DNA of 64,000 bases from positions 121,954,001 through 122,018,000 of the forward strand of contig NC_135656.1 in the NCBI RefSeq assembly GCF_964188315.1, read 5' to 3'. Shown one piece after another: positions 34,114 through 46,900 of the stretch. The stretch is from Podarcis muralis (taxonomy: Eukaryota). Every line of letters starts with the position of its first letter. The first letter of the stretch is position 1. The position numbers and the translations under genes are program-made. The notes beneath the pieces were generated by a model that saw only the letters and a list, made by a program, of their open reading frames with translations, was not told the origin of the DNA and searched no databases.

Positions 34114-37100
34114 TCATTATTTATACCCCACCCATCTGGCTGCGTTTCCCCAGCCACACTGGGTGGCTGCCAATAAAATATTAAAAAACAATAGTCAATC
34201 TGTAGACGGATTAAGCAATAAATTGGGAAATGTAATTCAAAGCAAACAAGTGTGAAGTGATGCAGGTTGAGGCAAAAAATATTACTTTCATAAATATGCT
34301 CATGGGAGTTGAAGTGGGAGCGACTCTTCCTACAAAACTAAAAGCCCCTTTCAATCCAATATCCTCTGTTTTCTTTTTTGGATCATAGTCAAATGTACCT
34401 GAATGATTTAACCCACCTTATTAAACCAAAGGGGCCACACGATGGCATCCTGATCAATGGTGACTTTTACGTCTGTGGATCCCTCTCTCTCCATACTCCC
34501 AACTTTCCCTACGTGAAGGGACTTATTGGCAAGCATCACAATGTTCACCACATCAAAATCAGCTGTCAGGTCCCCATTCTCATCTAAATATGCTCCACCC
34601 CTAGAAGCATTGTAGAACTGAAAATCACGCAGGAAACGGTGAAACTGGAATGACAGAGAAGATCACAGCATTTAAGAAAGTTGGCTGTTTCAGCCCAGGT
34701 GGTTCACATATTATCTAGGCACCTAGTGGCCCTCTCGCTCTCCAGGCTTCACGCAGCTCTCCACAAGGCGCCGGAGCCCGGCGCTGGGCTCCCACGGCTT
34801 GCGGAGAGTTGGCTGCATGCCGAAGGCTGGGCGTGCTAAGCTCAGCGTGCCCAGACTTTGCGCAGCTCTCCGCAAGGCGCAGGAGCCCGGCGCCGGGCTC
34901 CCACGGCTTGCGGAGAGTTGCCTGTTCTGGGGGCTGGGGTCGGGGGAAGCTCGGGCTTCCCCCGCCCCAGCCCCACGCCTGGTGGGGAAATATTTTTTTT
35001 CCCTTTTATTTCCCCCCCAAAAAACTAGGTGCACCTTATGGGACTGTGCGTCCTATAGGGCGAAAAATACAGTACTTCTTTTTTAAAAAAATTATGTTCA
35101 ATGCAAAGTTACAACAAAAATTACAAACATAAATTCCTAAAAAAAAGAACAAACCAACAAAAGCAAATCAAAACAAACAGAAACCAAAAAGGGGAAAAAT
35201 CACACCTACCCAAAAAATCCCCTGCCATCATACTAAGCTTTACATACATATACTCATATTGACTTCCTTCCTCTGTTTTGAGACCTCAAACATTTTAATC
35301 TTTCTGAATTGTTGTGTCTAATGTAAATTACCCCTATCTTTACACCTTTCGCACCGCTTTTAACCCTGCAAAGCTTCATTCGTTACATACCGATATACTT
35401 ACTCCAGAACAATGTTTTTTCATATCTTCTTTAACACAATCCCATTCCTTTGCTAATTTTTGGTCCCATTGTCCCCTTAGGAATGCTGTGAATCTTGCCA
35501 AATTCATATAAGCACAATGTTTAATTTGCTATTCTTTTATTGATGGGATTCCACCCCCCTTTCCAGTTTTGTGCTATGACCATCCTGGGAGCTGTTGCTG
35601 CATAAAGGAATACTTTCCTTGGATTGCCGGAAATATCTTTTTAATTATACCTAAAAGGAATGCCTCCCGTTTTTTACTAAAAGATATTTTAAACATCTTT
35701 TTGATTTCTTCATATATTTCATTCCAAAATTGTTGAATAGGTCGGCATTCCCACCACATGTGAAACATTGTTCCTATTTCTTTCTTGCATCTCCAACAGG
35801 TATTTGATTTTGATTTATAAATTTTTGCCAATTTTACTGGAGTTAATTACCATTGGTATATCATTTCCCCAATATACTTGAGGTCTTTCAGAATGGGCTC
35901 TTCCATCAGCTGAGCAGACCAAGAAAAAAGGTTCCGTCCTAGAGCCTCTGTGTTGGGGTTGGGGAGGGAATGGCACCTCCTCTCTGAGTCTTGCTCCAAG
36001 CTATGGCTGCGGCTGCGGTTGTGGCAGCTACCCGACAGGCTGCAGACTTGCAGGCCTGGAACTGCATGAGGCAGGCTTGTGACCCTCAACCAGGGTGGAC
36101 TTCCCCGTTTGAGTGAGAGGCAGTGGGAGAAAAGTAGCTGGGGATCTAACATTTTCTTCTGACGGTGTGGGGCATGTCTAATAATGTGCCTTAGCTTAGT
36201 TTTCTGTGGCCTAATCCCCCAAGTGTAAACGGGGTGAATGGAAATGCTTTAATGATTCTAGGTGGGCAGGTAGCAGGGCGTGGTCAAGATGCTGCCCCTA
36301 TTCTCGTGGTGATAGGCAGGGGAAAGCAGGGCTAGAGTGGGGAGGGGGCTGGCCACCATCAGGGGTGGAGGCCTAGGTGTTTGGTCTCTCTTCCTTGTTC
36401 CAGCCCTCTCACACCACCAGGGGTTACTAGTTGCAGATCTACTGAGCCCTCTGGTCTGGTGCTGCTACTGCTGAATGTCAGATCAGTCCATGTTAAAAAC
36501 ATGCTGTTTCATGATTTGATTGCACATGAGTGGACTGATCTGACTTGCATTACTAAGAACTTTCTGGCCCTAAGAGCTTTTCAACAGTGGAACAGTCTCC
36601 ACCATCTCCTTGACCAGGGAGCCTCTTCACCTTGTAATGGATTTGTGAAGAAACTTATTACATGCAGTAGAATTCTATCTTGCTATAACTTTGGAATGCT
36701 TTGCTTGTCTTTGATATTAGGAAAGTGAGATATGATGATTATGATGGAAATAATCATGGCGGCATACCTAGGAATGTATATGAATGGAGATTTAATATGA
36801 ATGTCATTTCTTTTTGAGGAATCTTTAGTCTTCTCTTTGAAAGGGTGACATGATTGTTGCTAGCAGTCCATAGCCCTGCAGATCAAGGTAACTATTGAAG
36901 GGCCTATCAATTCTGTATCAAACATTTTGACCTACAGTATTTTATAACCTTATTTATCTCCTCTTTTTTAATGCTTGGCAAATTTCTGTTAATTAAAGGA
37001 AATGGATCTATGAATCCGTCATTAAATCGATTTTCATTTAAAATGGAACAATATCTATCCAGATCATTAGAGAATAAAAATGAATACCTGTGATGCTTGG

Positions 37101-40100
37101 ACTTTTTCATCTTCCAACCTGTTCTGACCCATCATCACCACCCTCTTGGGTCTAGAGGAGTACGCAGCATTTAAGGCATGGGCCACAGCTCGGACCGTGT
37201 TGTAAATGCTGTAGGTGTCCTGAAACAGGCTCCTTTCAAGGACATCTTGAGAGAACCCCAAAAGGGTCTCCTTCACTCTGCATCGCCTCTGGCCTTTCAC
37301 AGACAAGACATGCTTTGAATATAAGCAATGATAGCCTTCAGGCCAACATGGATGGAAATTCTTATGGGGGATAGTAACTGGCACATTGCCATCGTGTTTT
37401 GCTCTTTTTTTGGTCTGGATAAACAAAGATAAATATCCATGAATGTGTTTGTTCTCAAATAATTCTGGACATATGTTGGAGGTGACATATGAGAAAGCTA
37501 TTGTGATCCAAACTTTCCCAGTAATTGGTTTCAGGGTTTCACCCACTGTGCGAAGTAAAATTGCAGCTTCAATGAGGGACACTGATTCCCCATAGGAAAG
37601 AAACACGTTGATTCGCCTGTCCATGGAAAGTGAAATCTTCTGCTGGAGCTTTGTGAACCATTGTGGTGTAAAGATATTGCATCGTGAAAAGGTTTGTGAG
37701 AATACAACACAGACACCGCCCTCAGCAAGCGCAGGTGCCAGGGTGCTCAGAAACCTTTCTCCATCGTCAGAGTCAGGAGCTATGAGCCCAATCCAAGTCC
37801 ACCTGAAATGCAGGAGTAGCCTGACAATCCCTGAGCCTGGGGGTTCTTCATTTGGGGTCATTGGGTAGAGCAAAGGAGATGGTGTTTTGTCAAGGGCATG
37901 ATGAACAGAAGCGTAACTGACCTAGGAAGAAAAGGAAGATATAGAGGGTTTTCTTGGTCAACTGGAAATTGTGGTCAGGGAGAGCCATATTTTCCAGTGC
38001 TTCTCTGGAAAGGAGATGTAGGACACCTTTGGGCAACAATACACTCTGGTCAGTGAACGAAATAAATCAATTCATTCATTATAGGCATCAATTTAATATG
38101 TCTTCCACATTATGTTGTCATTGAGTGTAGTGGTGGAGGAAGCGGGCGGGGGGTGTCCTTCCCTGGGGGCCATCATTGAGGGGAGATTACAAGAAGACAC
38201 CCCGTGGGGGGGGGGAGTCGCATCCCCACCCACGAGAGTGGTGTCACAAGCCTCCGCCATCGCAGCCGCGTGTGGAGGATCCTTCCCTCAGAGTTGCACC
38301 CTCCGCCCCTGTCTGTACGGCGCTATTTCACACACCTGCCAATATAAGGATGTGCTCAGCTGTGATTCCTGCATTGCAGTGGGTTTTGATGGATTGGTTA
38401 TTTAATTTTTATACTGCATAATATATTTAAAATATCTGTAAGCATTGCACAGAAAAGTGAAGCAACAACAGACACCTTAAATAAAATAATCCAAAAAGGC
38501 CCCGTTACTTTAAAAAATATTACACGCACCCAACACATTTAGAGCATGTCAAAGGCTCTTGGTCTCCCACAAAGAATCATGACAGCTGTAGTTTGTTGGG
38601 AATTATAGCTCTTTGAAGGGTAAACTACAGTTGCCAGGATTCTTGTATTGAGTGCTTTACATTTATGGTGTACACAACAGCATCAGCAAAGGCACAATAT
38701 GGAAACGAAAAGGCCCTAGACCTACCCAGGAAGCTCAGCTTTTTGAGGAAACGGGACTTGGACAATAATTCATGCATAACCACACACTCGTTTGCTAGAA
38801 CATTGCTAGATTTAGACCCTAGATCTTATCTGCTGTCCTTTTAAAGTTGCACAGTTAGAACAGCAACAACCCACATTCATAAGAACAAGTAATGAAAAAC
38901 AGCAGAATTTGTTTTAAGAGAGATGGCTTCTGTTGGGGATGTTCTGGGATTAACAAGTTTTAGGGTAGTACTCAACCAGTGACTAGTGGTGCGGGAATCT
39001 GTCCCATTTTTCCTATACTGTTTTACAGTTTTAAAATTCCCACCCATTTCACAAAGCTGTTTGCTCTTTGAGAGGAAACATTCATTTACCATATAGGCCA
39101 GGGGTTCCCAAAGCGATGCCCTCCAGATGATATTCACCTCCAACTCCCATGAGCCAGTGTTCACCCCTTAGACTGCTCTGATGGTGACTCTCTTTGTGAA
39201 ACCCTTCTTCAGCCAGCAGGACAAATCCTTCAACATAAGAAGAGGCTCCTGGATCAGGCCAACGGCTCATCTAGCCCAGCATCTTGTTCACACAGTGGCC
39301 AGCCAGGTGATTGTAGGAAACCAGCAAGCACAGCATGAGCACAAATGCACTCTGCCCTCATGTGACTCCCAGCAACTCAGCACCCAGAAGCATTGGTGCC
39401 TCCAACTAGGGACGTAGATCACTGTCATTATGCCTAGCAGCCATTAATAGCCCTTGCCTTCATGAATTGGTTTAATCCTCTCTTAGAAGCTTCACTGCCT
39501 CCTCTGGGAGTGAGTTTCATAGTTTGTTTCCTGTTAAGGGAGGTTGCTGTTCTCTGTATGTTGCCCATGCTAGTGTGTTCATACCTGGGGGATTTTGTAG
39601 GTTCCCAGCATACTTGAAATCTGGAGTGAGGTGTCAGAGTTGACCCCTTCAATGAAAACCAAGGGCTTCTTCTCTCTTCCACAGTGGTAGTTTGGGACAT
39701 TGGCCCTCCCAGGAGAGAGCAGATCTAGCGTGGCGTCATAGGTCATTCTTGCATTGAAAAAATTCTCATAGATGTCATAGCCCAGGGTGATGTTGGGTAA
39801 GATCCCAGGGTCCTGATTAATCTCATGGATGGCGATCATGAAGGACAGGCGATACCAGTATGGTACCATATCTGATGCCCTGCAACAAAGCATGAAGCCT
39901 AATGTCAGTCTCCGTTCAGTGAATACTGTCAAGTCCCTGCTTTCTTAACCCTATAAGAAATTGCAGCCACGAGAATGAAGCAAAACAGAACATCCACATC
40001 ACATAATCAGCCATATGTGAGTTTGTTGGAAGCTGAACGGCTGCTTGCCAGTTAAGGAGAGATAGAAGCATATTTGAGCACTTGAGTGCTGGAAGCAAGG

Positions 40101-40975
40101 AGTGAATACCACCCACAAATATATTGAGAAAAAGTTTGTAAAAGGACAGGGCACTAGTTTGTTTCTTTATTTTTTAAAAAAGGAAGAGGAGATGTAAAAT
40201 AGAAATCTTTACCAGTCATATAATTCCTGCTTCTAATTGTTATTGCTGTTGTTATCCTATTTAGTAGCTACGTTTCACCCTAAGGTCCCAGGGCAGGTGA
40301 ACTGTACTGGCTGCCAGTTGATTTCTAGACTCAATTCAACGTGATTGTATGTTAACTTGATAGATAGATTGTGACCATTTAATAGTTATAGTCCTGCTCC
40401 TGTCAGAGGAGTGCAGATCAGGCCATCTTTACATGTCCCAAGTTAAGAAGTTGGGATGCAGATGATCTCTGGATCTTCTTGATTCACCATCAATTTGTTT
40501 CTTTTTTCCAGTGGAAAAAAGTAAGGAGGGAAGTAATGCACATACATTTTGTGTCTTCAATGGGCAAACTCTAGAAAGCAGGACTTGTCCCTGGCATGTA
40601 AGCATTAGAGGCTTGGGCAGTCACAGCTAAGCACAACCGTATTAAAGAATATGCTATGTATATATGCCTACCCATCAATCACAGTTTTGTCTGCTGTGCA
40701 GAAATTGCATGGGGAAATGCAGCGTACCTTCTACTGTAAATAAAAGGGGTGGCAAGGAAATGGTGTCCAATATGCAGAATTCGTAATGTAGATATGACCC
40801 CGCTTATGAGGTGGTCTCCTGGCTCGTAATAATTCATTGCATCTGGATTGTCCCTTCTCAAGTTCAATGGGCATTTTGCTTTCCGCAACCTAGAAGCTGC
40901 ACAGGGAAGCAGCAGCAGCAGCAACAACAACAACAGCATCAATAAGAGCCTCACTCTGGGTCTGCCTCCTGTCAT
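30862..40975 (-). CDS. Vmn2r: V2R gene D, complete 6-exon receptor (880 aa predicted)
   Basis: Exons: 40728..40975, 39585..39879, 37088..37921, 34417..34644, 31986..32112, 30862..31772. All open with consistent phases (exons 4 and 5 translated by hand); GC donor after exon 5. Confidence 0.9.
32258..33461 (-). mobile_element. Internally deleted L1-like element (homologous to 18706..21929, without the MITE)
   Basis: Same 17-bp direct repeat at 32241..32257 and 33462..33478; same 5' AAGATGGCC and 3' AATAAA ends. Confidence 0.6.
34731..35072. mobile_element. Right-end fragment of the Tc2-like MITE in intron 3 of gene D
   Basis: Begins in the right arm of the subterminal palindrome (cctctcgctctccaggcttc) and ends gtgcgtcctatagggcgaaaaatacag + TA (35073-74). 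Confidence 0.8.
35078..35866 (-). mobile_element. 5'-truncated L1-like LINE (ORF2 C-terminus + 3' UTR)
   Basis: ORF 35574..35831 has [18 protein letters not shown] (L1-clade CCHC-like motif); right-hand copy of the target repeat cccaatatactt at 35868..35879. Confidence 0.75.
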
Positions 40976-41917
40976 TACATCTGTTTTCACTGCTCTCAAC
41001 TTAGCAAGAAACTAACTAGATGAAGCCCAAAGTCTCCAACAAGACCGAAGCCCCAGAGAAAAGGTGAGGAAAGGGAGGATACGAAGCTTTCACACTGGCA
41101 GAATCCCTGCCTGCCTGGAAGATAAGTCAAAGCCCTCCATGGCACAAGAGGTCTTTAAATATGCAGCAGGCATTTCAAGCTCTCATTTCTGCAATGTCTG
41201 TTCTTTGTGTCAAAAGTGGGTACATTGCTTGAGTTTTGCCAAGGAATAAATCACTATGATTATGATAATTATGCAGGGAATATACATCTCTGGAATCACT
41301 GTGGAGCTTGGGCAGCAGCTGCAGAGCTGGAAGAAAATATCACAATCTGATTTCTCTTTGCTCTAGAGGGTAGGACCAATGGCTTCAAGTTAAAAGAAAG
41401 GAGACTCTAACTAAAGTTCAGGAAAAAGTTTCTGACAAGAACTGTTTGAATAATCCCCCTTGGGAGGTTGTGGACTTTCCTTCCTTGGAGGTTTTTACTC
41501 AGAGTTTGGATGACCATCTGTCATGAATGCTTGGTTGAGATTCCTGCATTGCAGAGGGTTGAACTACATGCCCCTTGGGATCCCTCTTCAAACTTTACAC
41601 TTCCATAATTCTATGATTCTATGTTCACCAGATAAGCCAGCATCAAGCTATTTTTTCAGGACATTTTGGGGCCTGATATGATGAACCTCTGCTGCCTGAT
41701 GGACTTTTGTTATGCATATGGGGGGGGGGGACTTAAAGCCTCCTGTGCCAGTCGAATATTTTATTTCAGAGTACTGTATCTCTCCCCATTACCTCATATC
41801 CTCTCCTGACAAAGTTTTTTGACATTTGAAGATTTCATTTTAGACCAGCAAGTGGCTGGATTTTGTTATTGCCTTTCTGTTCACAGATCCCTACAATGGA
41901 AAAGAATGTACAAAGGA

Positions 41918-42050
41918 TCAGATGGCATCTTTACTTTGTGTCGTCAGATGCTCCTTTGTATTCAGACCATGCCTGAGTAAAATAATGTAGCATTTGGGCA
42001 TGAAGATGCAGCCCAGAAGCGCAGCACTGGAGGCCAACATAGAGAAGACC
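41918..42050 (-). pseudogene. V2R remnant psi2: last ~130 nt of exon 6
   Basis: Matches the exon-6 3' end of psi1 type (tgggcatg = ...MPKCY) with indels; abrupt loss of homology after agaagacc. Confidence 0.75.
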
Positions 42051-43373
42051 TTCTATATGCTAATAAATCTTTTGACCACACTCTTCCTCTGGCGTGAGCT
42101 TTATACCCGTCACTGCACATGCACACATTCCCTAGAGAAAGGGAGGGCAGATGAGTCAAGCTCCAGGCATCCAGCTAACTCTAACCATCATCCAGATGTG
42201 GAGGGAGGGCTGCTCAAGACATGGACCAAGGACTTTGTGCCATTTCACCCACTTCTCCAAATGACAGCAATCATAAAACTCAGGAGTATCTGTAGGGATA
42301 AAGATGACCTATCAAGATATTGGGGGCCCAAGTTGTTTAAGGGTTTTAAGCACTAACGTGAGCAATGAAATCTGAGCTTCCAGTGACAATGTTGCTGGAC
42401 TCCAAAGCTGTGGACCTCGTCCACCCAGAGGAGCGCAGCCCCTTTTAGCTCAGGCCATCTTCCCACTCAAGAACATGGAAGATAGAACATCTCTAAGTTT
42501 TCAGAATTCGTCTTCAATTTCCTTTAGGAGCAGCTTATTTTGCGGACCTACAATAAACGGTTGGAAGCAATACACTGGGCATTTGTGTCAAGTTTAAGGT
42601 TTAAAATGGTGAATTGCAAAACGTCTTGTGGAACTTCCCTATATATCAGGAGTCCAGGTTCTCACCTTGATAACGCGATAATTAGAAAGAGGATTTATTG
42701 CAAAAAAACAACAACAGATAACTCTGGTGGCTGTAACGTACCACTGTCATTAATTATGATGACCCTTCCTGAACTCTGCTTTCTTTTTCTACAGAATATA
42801 CTGAACCGGCGCTGTTTGTGTCCTTTGTTTATCTTCCTGTCTAACAGACCTCCCATACAGCGATTGCAGGAACTAATTGGCTCAGCTCCGACTTCCTCTT
42901 TCCCTGTCTATTTTCCCGCCTGTTCACTCTTTCGAAGAGTGTTGGCTCTGTTCCCCCTCTCTCGCGCTATCAGTCGTCCCCTTGGCAACCTGCATTCCTA
43001 GGGCTGGAGGAGATGAAGCGAGCTGATGGTCTGCCTGATTAACCCCTAAGCTTCTCTGCTCCTGGCTGCTTTCTGCAACCTGTGGCTGATCTTCACTGAG
43101 AGCTGTCTCATTCCTGACATCATCTATCAGGGAAGGGAATCTCTATGTTTTGCTCAGAGGCAGAAATAAGGAGAGGAATATTTACAACAAGTGGTCACAA
43201 AAACAAAGTGAAATAATTTGAAATATATACAGCTTCCCACTGGATATTCCAGTTGTGCAGCCTTGTGCCAAATCCACTTCCTTCTGCACAAAAGGAAGAA
43301 AATGTCAGACCCTGTATGCAGCATATATGTTACATATACATATTTAGTTTACATATACATCTATACATTTATT

Positions 43374-43632
43374 TGAGAGCCAATGTGGTGTTGTGGTTAA
43401 GAGCGGTAGTCTCGTAATCTGGGGAACCGGGTTCACGTCTCCGCTCCTCCACATGCAGCTGCTGGGTGACCTTGGGCCAGTCACACTTCTCTGAAGTCTC
43501 TCAGCCCCACTCACCTCACAGAGTGTTTGTTGTGGGGGAGGAAGGGAAAGGAGAATGTTAGCTGCTTTGAGACTCCTTAAAGGGAGTGAAAGGCGGGATA
43601 TCAAATCCAAACTCTTCTCTTCTTCTTCTTCT
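43374..43632 (+). mobile_element. tRNA-derived SINE, Squam3-like
   Basis: Head tggtgttgtggttaagagc...gggttcacgtctcc, core gtgaccttgggccagtcac, (CTT)n tail; absent from homologous spacers at ~16990 and ~29940. Confidence 0.6.
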
Positions 43633-43945
43633 TAGTTGTGGAAAATAAGATCATGCAACACCGGTCAGGGTGACACAGGTATAAAGATCACCCTGGCATA
43701 TTAAGAGGATATATTTCAATCAAGTTCTGAAAAGGGTTCCTATTTAGTGATACATTAAATCAAAAGGGCCTCTGATTGTTCTGGGATGACCGTGCATTCA
43801 CTTTGGAAATGACGTGTTAGGTTTTGGATAGATTAAAAAATAGGTACAAGAGCAGCTCATAATAAACACCTGAAAGGGAAATAGCTTCTTTTCATAAGTA
43901 TTGTGCTGCACGCAGATTCCCTTGGTGGGAAAAGTGCATTAAGAA

Positions 43946-46900
43946 TCAAATTCCATCTTTTGTTTTTGTTGTCAGGTGCTCCTTTGTGTTCAGATCAGGC
44001 CTCAGTACAATAATGTAGCACTTGGGGAGGAAGATGCAGCCCAGGAGCCCTGCACTGGAGGCCAACATAGAGAAGACCTGCACAGCTACCATGTATTTCC
44101 CCTTGGTGCTCAGGTAGGTGGGCACAAAAGACACCCAAACACTGCAGAAGACCAGCATGCTGAAGGTGATCAGCTTAGCTTCATTGAAGGCCCCAGGCAG
44201 CTTCCTGGCTAGGAAAGCCACCGTGAAGCAGATGGCAGCCAGGAAGCCCATGTAGCCAAGGGCTCCATAAAACATGGCAGCAGACCCTTCATTGCACTGC
44301 ATGATGATCTCTCCAGGCTGGGAGTGCATGTCAGAGTCTGGGAATGGAGGAGATATTCCCAGCCAGGTGGTGCAGATGACAACTTGGACACTGGAACATG
44401 AAAGGACAACAGCATTGGCCAGAGTCTTCCCCAGCCATTTCTTCACCCTGTTCCCTGGCTTTGTGGCCAGAAAAGCCAGCACAACGGTAATGGTTTTGGC
44501 CAACAAAGAAGAGACAGCAGCTGAGAAGATGAGGACAAATGCAATTTGTTGGAGAAGACAGGTGGCTTTTCTTGGCTGGCCAATGAAGAGCAAGGAGGAC
44601 AAAAAGCAGAGCAAGAGGGATACAAGGAGGATGTAGGAAAGGTCCCTGTTGTTGGCTTTGACTATGGGAGTTCCTGAGTATTTAATGAAAATTCCTAACA
44701 CAAAGCATGTGATTAAGGAGAATAACAAGGTAAAGGAAGACAAGAGAATCCCCAAATAGTCTTCATAGGACAGGAAAGTGATAGTCTTGGGAACACATTG
44801 ATCTCGGTCCTTGTTTGAGTGCTGATCTTCCGGACATTTGGTGCAGCGGTCTGCATCTGAAAGTAAGATGAGTGATTTCAGTACCCAGCGTCTCAAGCTG
44901 GGGATATTCCCAGCCCTGACCTGAAGATACTATGACTTGAATTGGCAACCTTTTGCAAATCAAATCCTGTGCTACTGAACTACAGCCTTTCAACCAGCAG
45001 AAGCAGAATGATCTGAAGTTTTCCAGGAAAGCCTCTGGCAAGGCTGGTGGAACGCGGTGGGCATCCAGCTGGTGAAAACACAGTTTGTTTCCTAGGAAGA
45101 AAGCATGGGTCCCACATGGGTCACCAGAAGAGAAATTTCAGAGAAACCAGATGTCCTATTTCTAAAGATTCTAAGAAAAAACCCAATTCAAAATCAAACC
45201 ACAGGGAGTCTGTCATCACTACATATGATGATGATGATGATGATAATGATGATGATTTATTTATACCCCACCCATCAGATACGCCAACCTTGGGTAAAGG
45301 TCATGTTTTATGCGGGGGCTGGGATAAAATAAAGTAATAGCATTGTGTTGGACAGGATCACAAAAGTTGTCCCTCGCTTCCTGTTTCCGGCGGTGAGACA
45401 TGGCTGGCTCCCATACGATCGAATCCCAGCCATGCCGGTAATTCAGGGCTGATAGGGGGGTAATTAGCCCTGGCAGACTCCCCAGGGTGGGGGAGGACTG
45501 TCTCGTAGACCCACAGATTGTCCGAGATTGTCAGTTTGCCTCAAGGTGCAAGTGACAGGACACTGGGTCCTAGAGCACGACACGGCTGGCATTCTCCGAT
45601 GTCACTCTCATAGCCGGAAATATCTGTGTGATAAAATAATTGGATTTGGACAATAAAAAGACATAGTCTGGACCGAAGAAGATTAAGAAAAAAACCTGCA
45701 GAACTGTACAGTCCCTGGTGTTTAAGCTCGGGCTTCAAAGAGATTCTCATCATGGCATTTGGATTACGGAGGTATTTGGTATGTCTTTTTTCTCCTCTTA
45801 ACATCTACAATTGGTTTTCTATGCCAAGCCTCATTAAGAAACCTATTTTTTTTTTAAAAGAGTACAGATGGGCTTCTATTTATAATTAAATAGAACTGTG
45901 CAGCTTTACTCAGACTTGAAAAACTTGATAAACATAAAAGAAGAAACAAGATGGTGTTTGTTAATATGATGCAGCACGGAAAGATAAGAATTCCTCTCTT
46001 TTTTGAGGGGAGTAGGAAATATTTGCTGGCTGACTCTGTAATGTCTTGAGATAACAATTTGGGATAACGTATAGTGCAGCTGTTTACAGAAATTTTTCAA
46101 TATGAGAGAGAGAGAAGGCTGAATGGATGTCTAGCAGCCCCCCCCCCCCAGGGCCCAAAGGGGGGAGATTGTGTGGTCTCCAAGAAGGCTGATTGATCGC
46201 CAAATGACTTATATCTGTGGAACACAATTCATTTACATTGCAATATTGCAAACAGTCTCCCCAACAATCTATAGTAACAACTCAACAACGTGGAAGACAC
46301 TGCGTCACTAAATCTCAAAAGAAAGGTTTGGACAACAGGCTGGATTGGAAGATTGGAATGAAGTCAGGAAAAGCTGCGTTGGAAAATAGACAGTTGGGGG
46401 GGGATATTTACAAATAAAGCTGTATTTGATGAATGAAAGGACATATGACTTTTGACATGATTGAGAATCGCATAGCCAGGGGCAGAGTACTTTAAAGTGT
46501 TAAAAGCAGAAGGCAGAAATATGAAAACAATGAGAAGAGGCAGGACTGAAGATTTGGAGATATGCTTCAGAGGTCCAGAGTATGGGGAACCCGGAAAAAT
46601 TAATAATTACAATTTGGACTATAAAATAAATAAAAATGATTTTTAAAACACACACACAGAAGTTTCCCTATTCCTTCAAAGCTGTACTTTTCTCACTAGC
46701 CTTCCACAGTGGAGACTGTCCCATTTACACAGGGAGCACAATCATAGCAGCAAAGTGGCTCTCCTTCCCGGATGACCTTGACATCCCCAATATGACAGCT
46801 CTCAGCACATCTGGAATGAGGAACGGTCTGCCCATAAAGAAAGATGGCCAGGAGTTAACGGTCTTTCTATCCATGCAATAATAGTGGAGCCAATAGTCCC

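Larger units (their letters stand above)
33480..40438. repeat. Recent ~7-kb segmental duplication, near-identical to 57041..64000
   Basis: ORF track repeats at offset 23561-23562 with near-identical translations (34378/57939, 35574/59135, 37067/60628, 39579/63141), including neutral TE fragments. Confidence 0.9.

Noticed and set aside
45360-46640. Extra ~1.3 kb in intron 5 of gene E as a possible gene or classified element
   Set aside because: It looks like degraded repeat sequence, but I could not recognise a protein motif or termini, so it is left unannotated.
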